The notes under the pieces are model-generated. The model searched no databases. It saw only the letters and a program-made list of their open reading frames with translations, and had not been told where the DNA came from. A stretch of DNA of 64,000 nt from Phoronis australis (lineage: Eukaryota; Animalia; Phoronida). Within the stretch, counting starts at the first letter, position 1; the number at the start of each line of letters is the position of its first letter. The stretch covers positions 186,001 to 250,000 of the forward strand of contig NMRA01000373.1 of the NCBI GenBank assembly GCA_002633005.1, in the 5' to 3' direction. Below, in pieces: positions 62,001-64,000 of the stretch. Both the position numbers and the translations under genes were made by a program.

Positions 62001-63780
62001 ATTTTGATCAAGCCTGGAAATCAAGTCTGACTAACGGATGTCTAGGTTGAGCCCAGTTTTGAATTTGTAAGTGGTTTACAGTAGTCCAAATGTTATTTTT
62101 GGACGGCTCTGTAATGGACATGAATATATCACACATTGCAGAATATTAAACAGAAAATCAAGGTTACGTTAAGACTAACTTAACATAGGGAATACGTCAA
62201 TAATTTTGGAATCACTTGCAGTAACAGTGACGTGGGTTGAATGTGATGAATATCGTTATTGCGGTATGTTTAAGGGAATAACACCTGAACATTCTCATTA
62301 CTAGTTTTTGCAACTGCAGATGATAAATTCGTGATTCATAGGCCTTTTGTGTTTGTCACCTAAGCTCCCTGACTCTCACCAGTTTTCACACTCTGGCGAA
62401 ACAGGTCCTGTCTCAGATAATGTACATCAGAGTCAAAGTTGGCCGGCTGAGGTTAACCATTTAAATGTTCATGGAAAAGCGGTTTCAGTGAGCGGACCTC
62501 AGCTGGTGGCCGGGATCAATTTTTTATCTGTAAGTGCATTTGTTCTTGTCGTACTTCTTGACTCAGTACACACACACTAAAAGACCATTAGAATGGTCTC
62601 GGTCTTAGGAATGAAGCGAAAAATCATTTTCAGAGGCTGTTACTGTTCTAGGGCTGAAGAGGTAAGTTCCAACTCCAGAAAAATTCCTGAGAAAATGTAC
62701 ACTGTATCTTACTTGTCAAATCCATCCACAGCGCGCCCCCTTCCGCCAACTCCACAGTAACATCCGTAAAACAAGAGTTTCCAAGTAGTAATGTTAGGTC
62801 GGGCACATTTCAGAACCCGCAAGAACGTGAACGCTGAACGTTTGGATGTGTCGAGTGCTTTGTCATCATCTAAACCAGTAACAGTAAAACTAGTTATACA
62901 AGTGGAAAACCTTCAATAACTATGAAATTTACACCTTTGCCAAAATTACCAAACATGTTCGACAAAACGTCCAATTTTTCAAACATGGGTCACTGTTTAA
63001 CACGAACGTGATGGTCCATGTGTGTAAGCTATTGTTGGTTGCACGTTAAAGGACATCATTAGTTCACATTACGGCCGGAATACAGGATTCACTGGCCATT
63101 CACAAACGTGATTTTGTTCTTTTCATCAAAAGCCGTTCATATTTTTGCGAAAAGTGTTTGGGGGAATTAAATTGTGCATACACGTTTCTGGCCATAAAAA
63201 TGATAGTAATGTAACAATTTTCAATTATAGTCAGTGACCCGTGCATCTCGTACAGTCGCATGTATCGGTAGATGAATACGACGTCGTAATCCCGCGACGA
63301 TAGTTTCTCCGACGAGAGAATGATCCATGCGAAAATTTCAGTATGAACGAGTAAAATGCACGCGTAATCAGGCATTCTCGGCGAGAAAATTAATTCTATA
63401 GAAATTAGTAGGAGCCCGGAATCATTCTACTACCTCAGCAGTAGCAGCCGATCGCTTTACCGCTGAGTCAAACTACACCGCATTAAACAGCTGAGTATTT
63501 TAACCATATTTAAAGACACCGACCTTGATTTCAGCAAATGTCTGGCAGACAACGGTGAGAACTGGCAATTTATAGTAAAATCACAAAAAACAACGGATTT
63601 TGCTGTTTTATAGCTCAGACTGGTCAAAGCTAATGACTTCAGGAAAGTATTTTCTGTTGAACAGAAATACCCAAAAAGCTTTTCTCAGTCTCAAAAATCA
63701 CGGTTGATGCCCCTTTAAGAGCCCAAAATATGATGGTGCCGTTCCAAATCGTGTACCGTTACAATAAAAGTAAAATTAAA
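59056..63780 (+). repeat. Segmental duplication unit 2 (paralog 42443-47128)
   Basis: Colinear similarity; its left flank 58961-59056 matches 39328-39415. Confidence 0.9.
59678..62869 (-). CDS. Secreted phospholipase A2, group I-type, copy 2 (exons 62869-62713, 61704-61577, 59820-59678; first exon not located, possibly beyond window)
   Basis: Joined: [141 protein letters not shown]; exon sizes identical to copy 1 (157/128/143). Confidence 0.93.
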
Positions 63781-64000
63781 AATTAAATAAACCAGTATTA
63801 TACCACAATATTAGTGTTAAATGGCAGATACAACCGAGAATAACCCATAAAGTTATCTCACTAGTGAGATAACGATTTGGCGGGAAACCGAGGACAGAGT
63901 GGAACCGGGGACCTTGGAATAGCTGGTCGCCGACTTTCCCACTACACCATGCAGCGACTGACGTCAGAACACTTAAATGAGCACGCGCAATAATCGCATG

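Overview
AT-rich eukaryotic genomic DNA with spliceosomal introns and many transposon relics, probably from a marine invertebrate (species not determinable). Three host loci can be built by hand. (1) A minus-strand multi-exon gene from ~22.8 kb running off the left edge, with phase-compatible GT-AG exons encoding signal peptide, C-type lectin, C-type lectin, WSC and a PKD/Ig-like start; it resembles a polycystin-1/REJ-family N-terminus. (2) An intronless noggin-like gene (35079-35843, +) with a 36-aa insertion between cystine-knot Cys5 and Cys6 and an extra Cys. (3) Two tandemly duplicated, highly cationic group I-type secreted phospholipase A2 genes (minus; 43203-46260 and 59678-62869), plus a third orphan terminal exon with TGA at a conserved Cys. 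The rest includes a Harbinger element with a Myb/SANT remnant, two decayed LINEs, a Penelope GIY-YIG remnant with a hammerhead ribozyme motif, MITEs with 5-, 6- and 9-bp target duplications, a ~150-bp tandem array, and probable assembly duplications at single-N joins. All calls come from manual reading; no searches were run.
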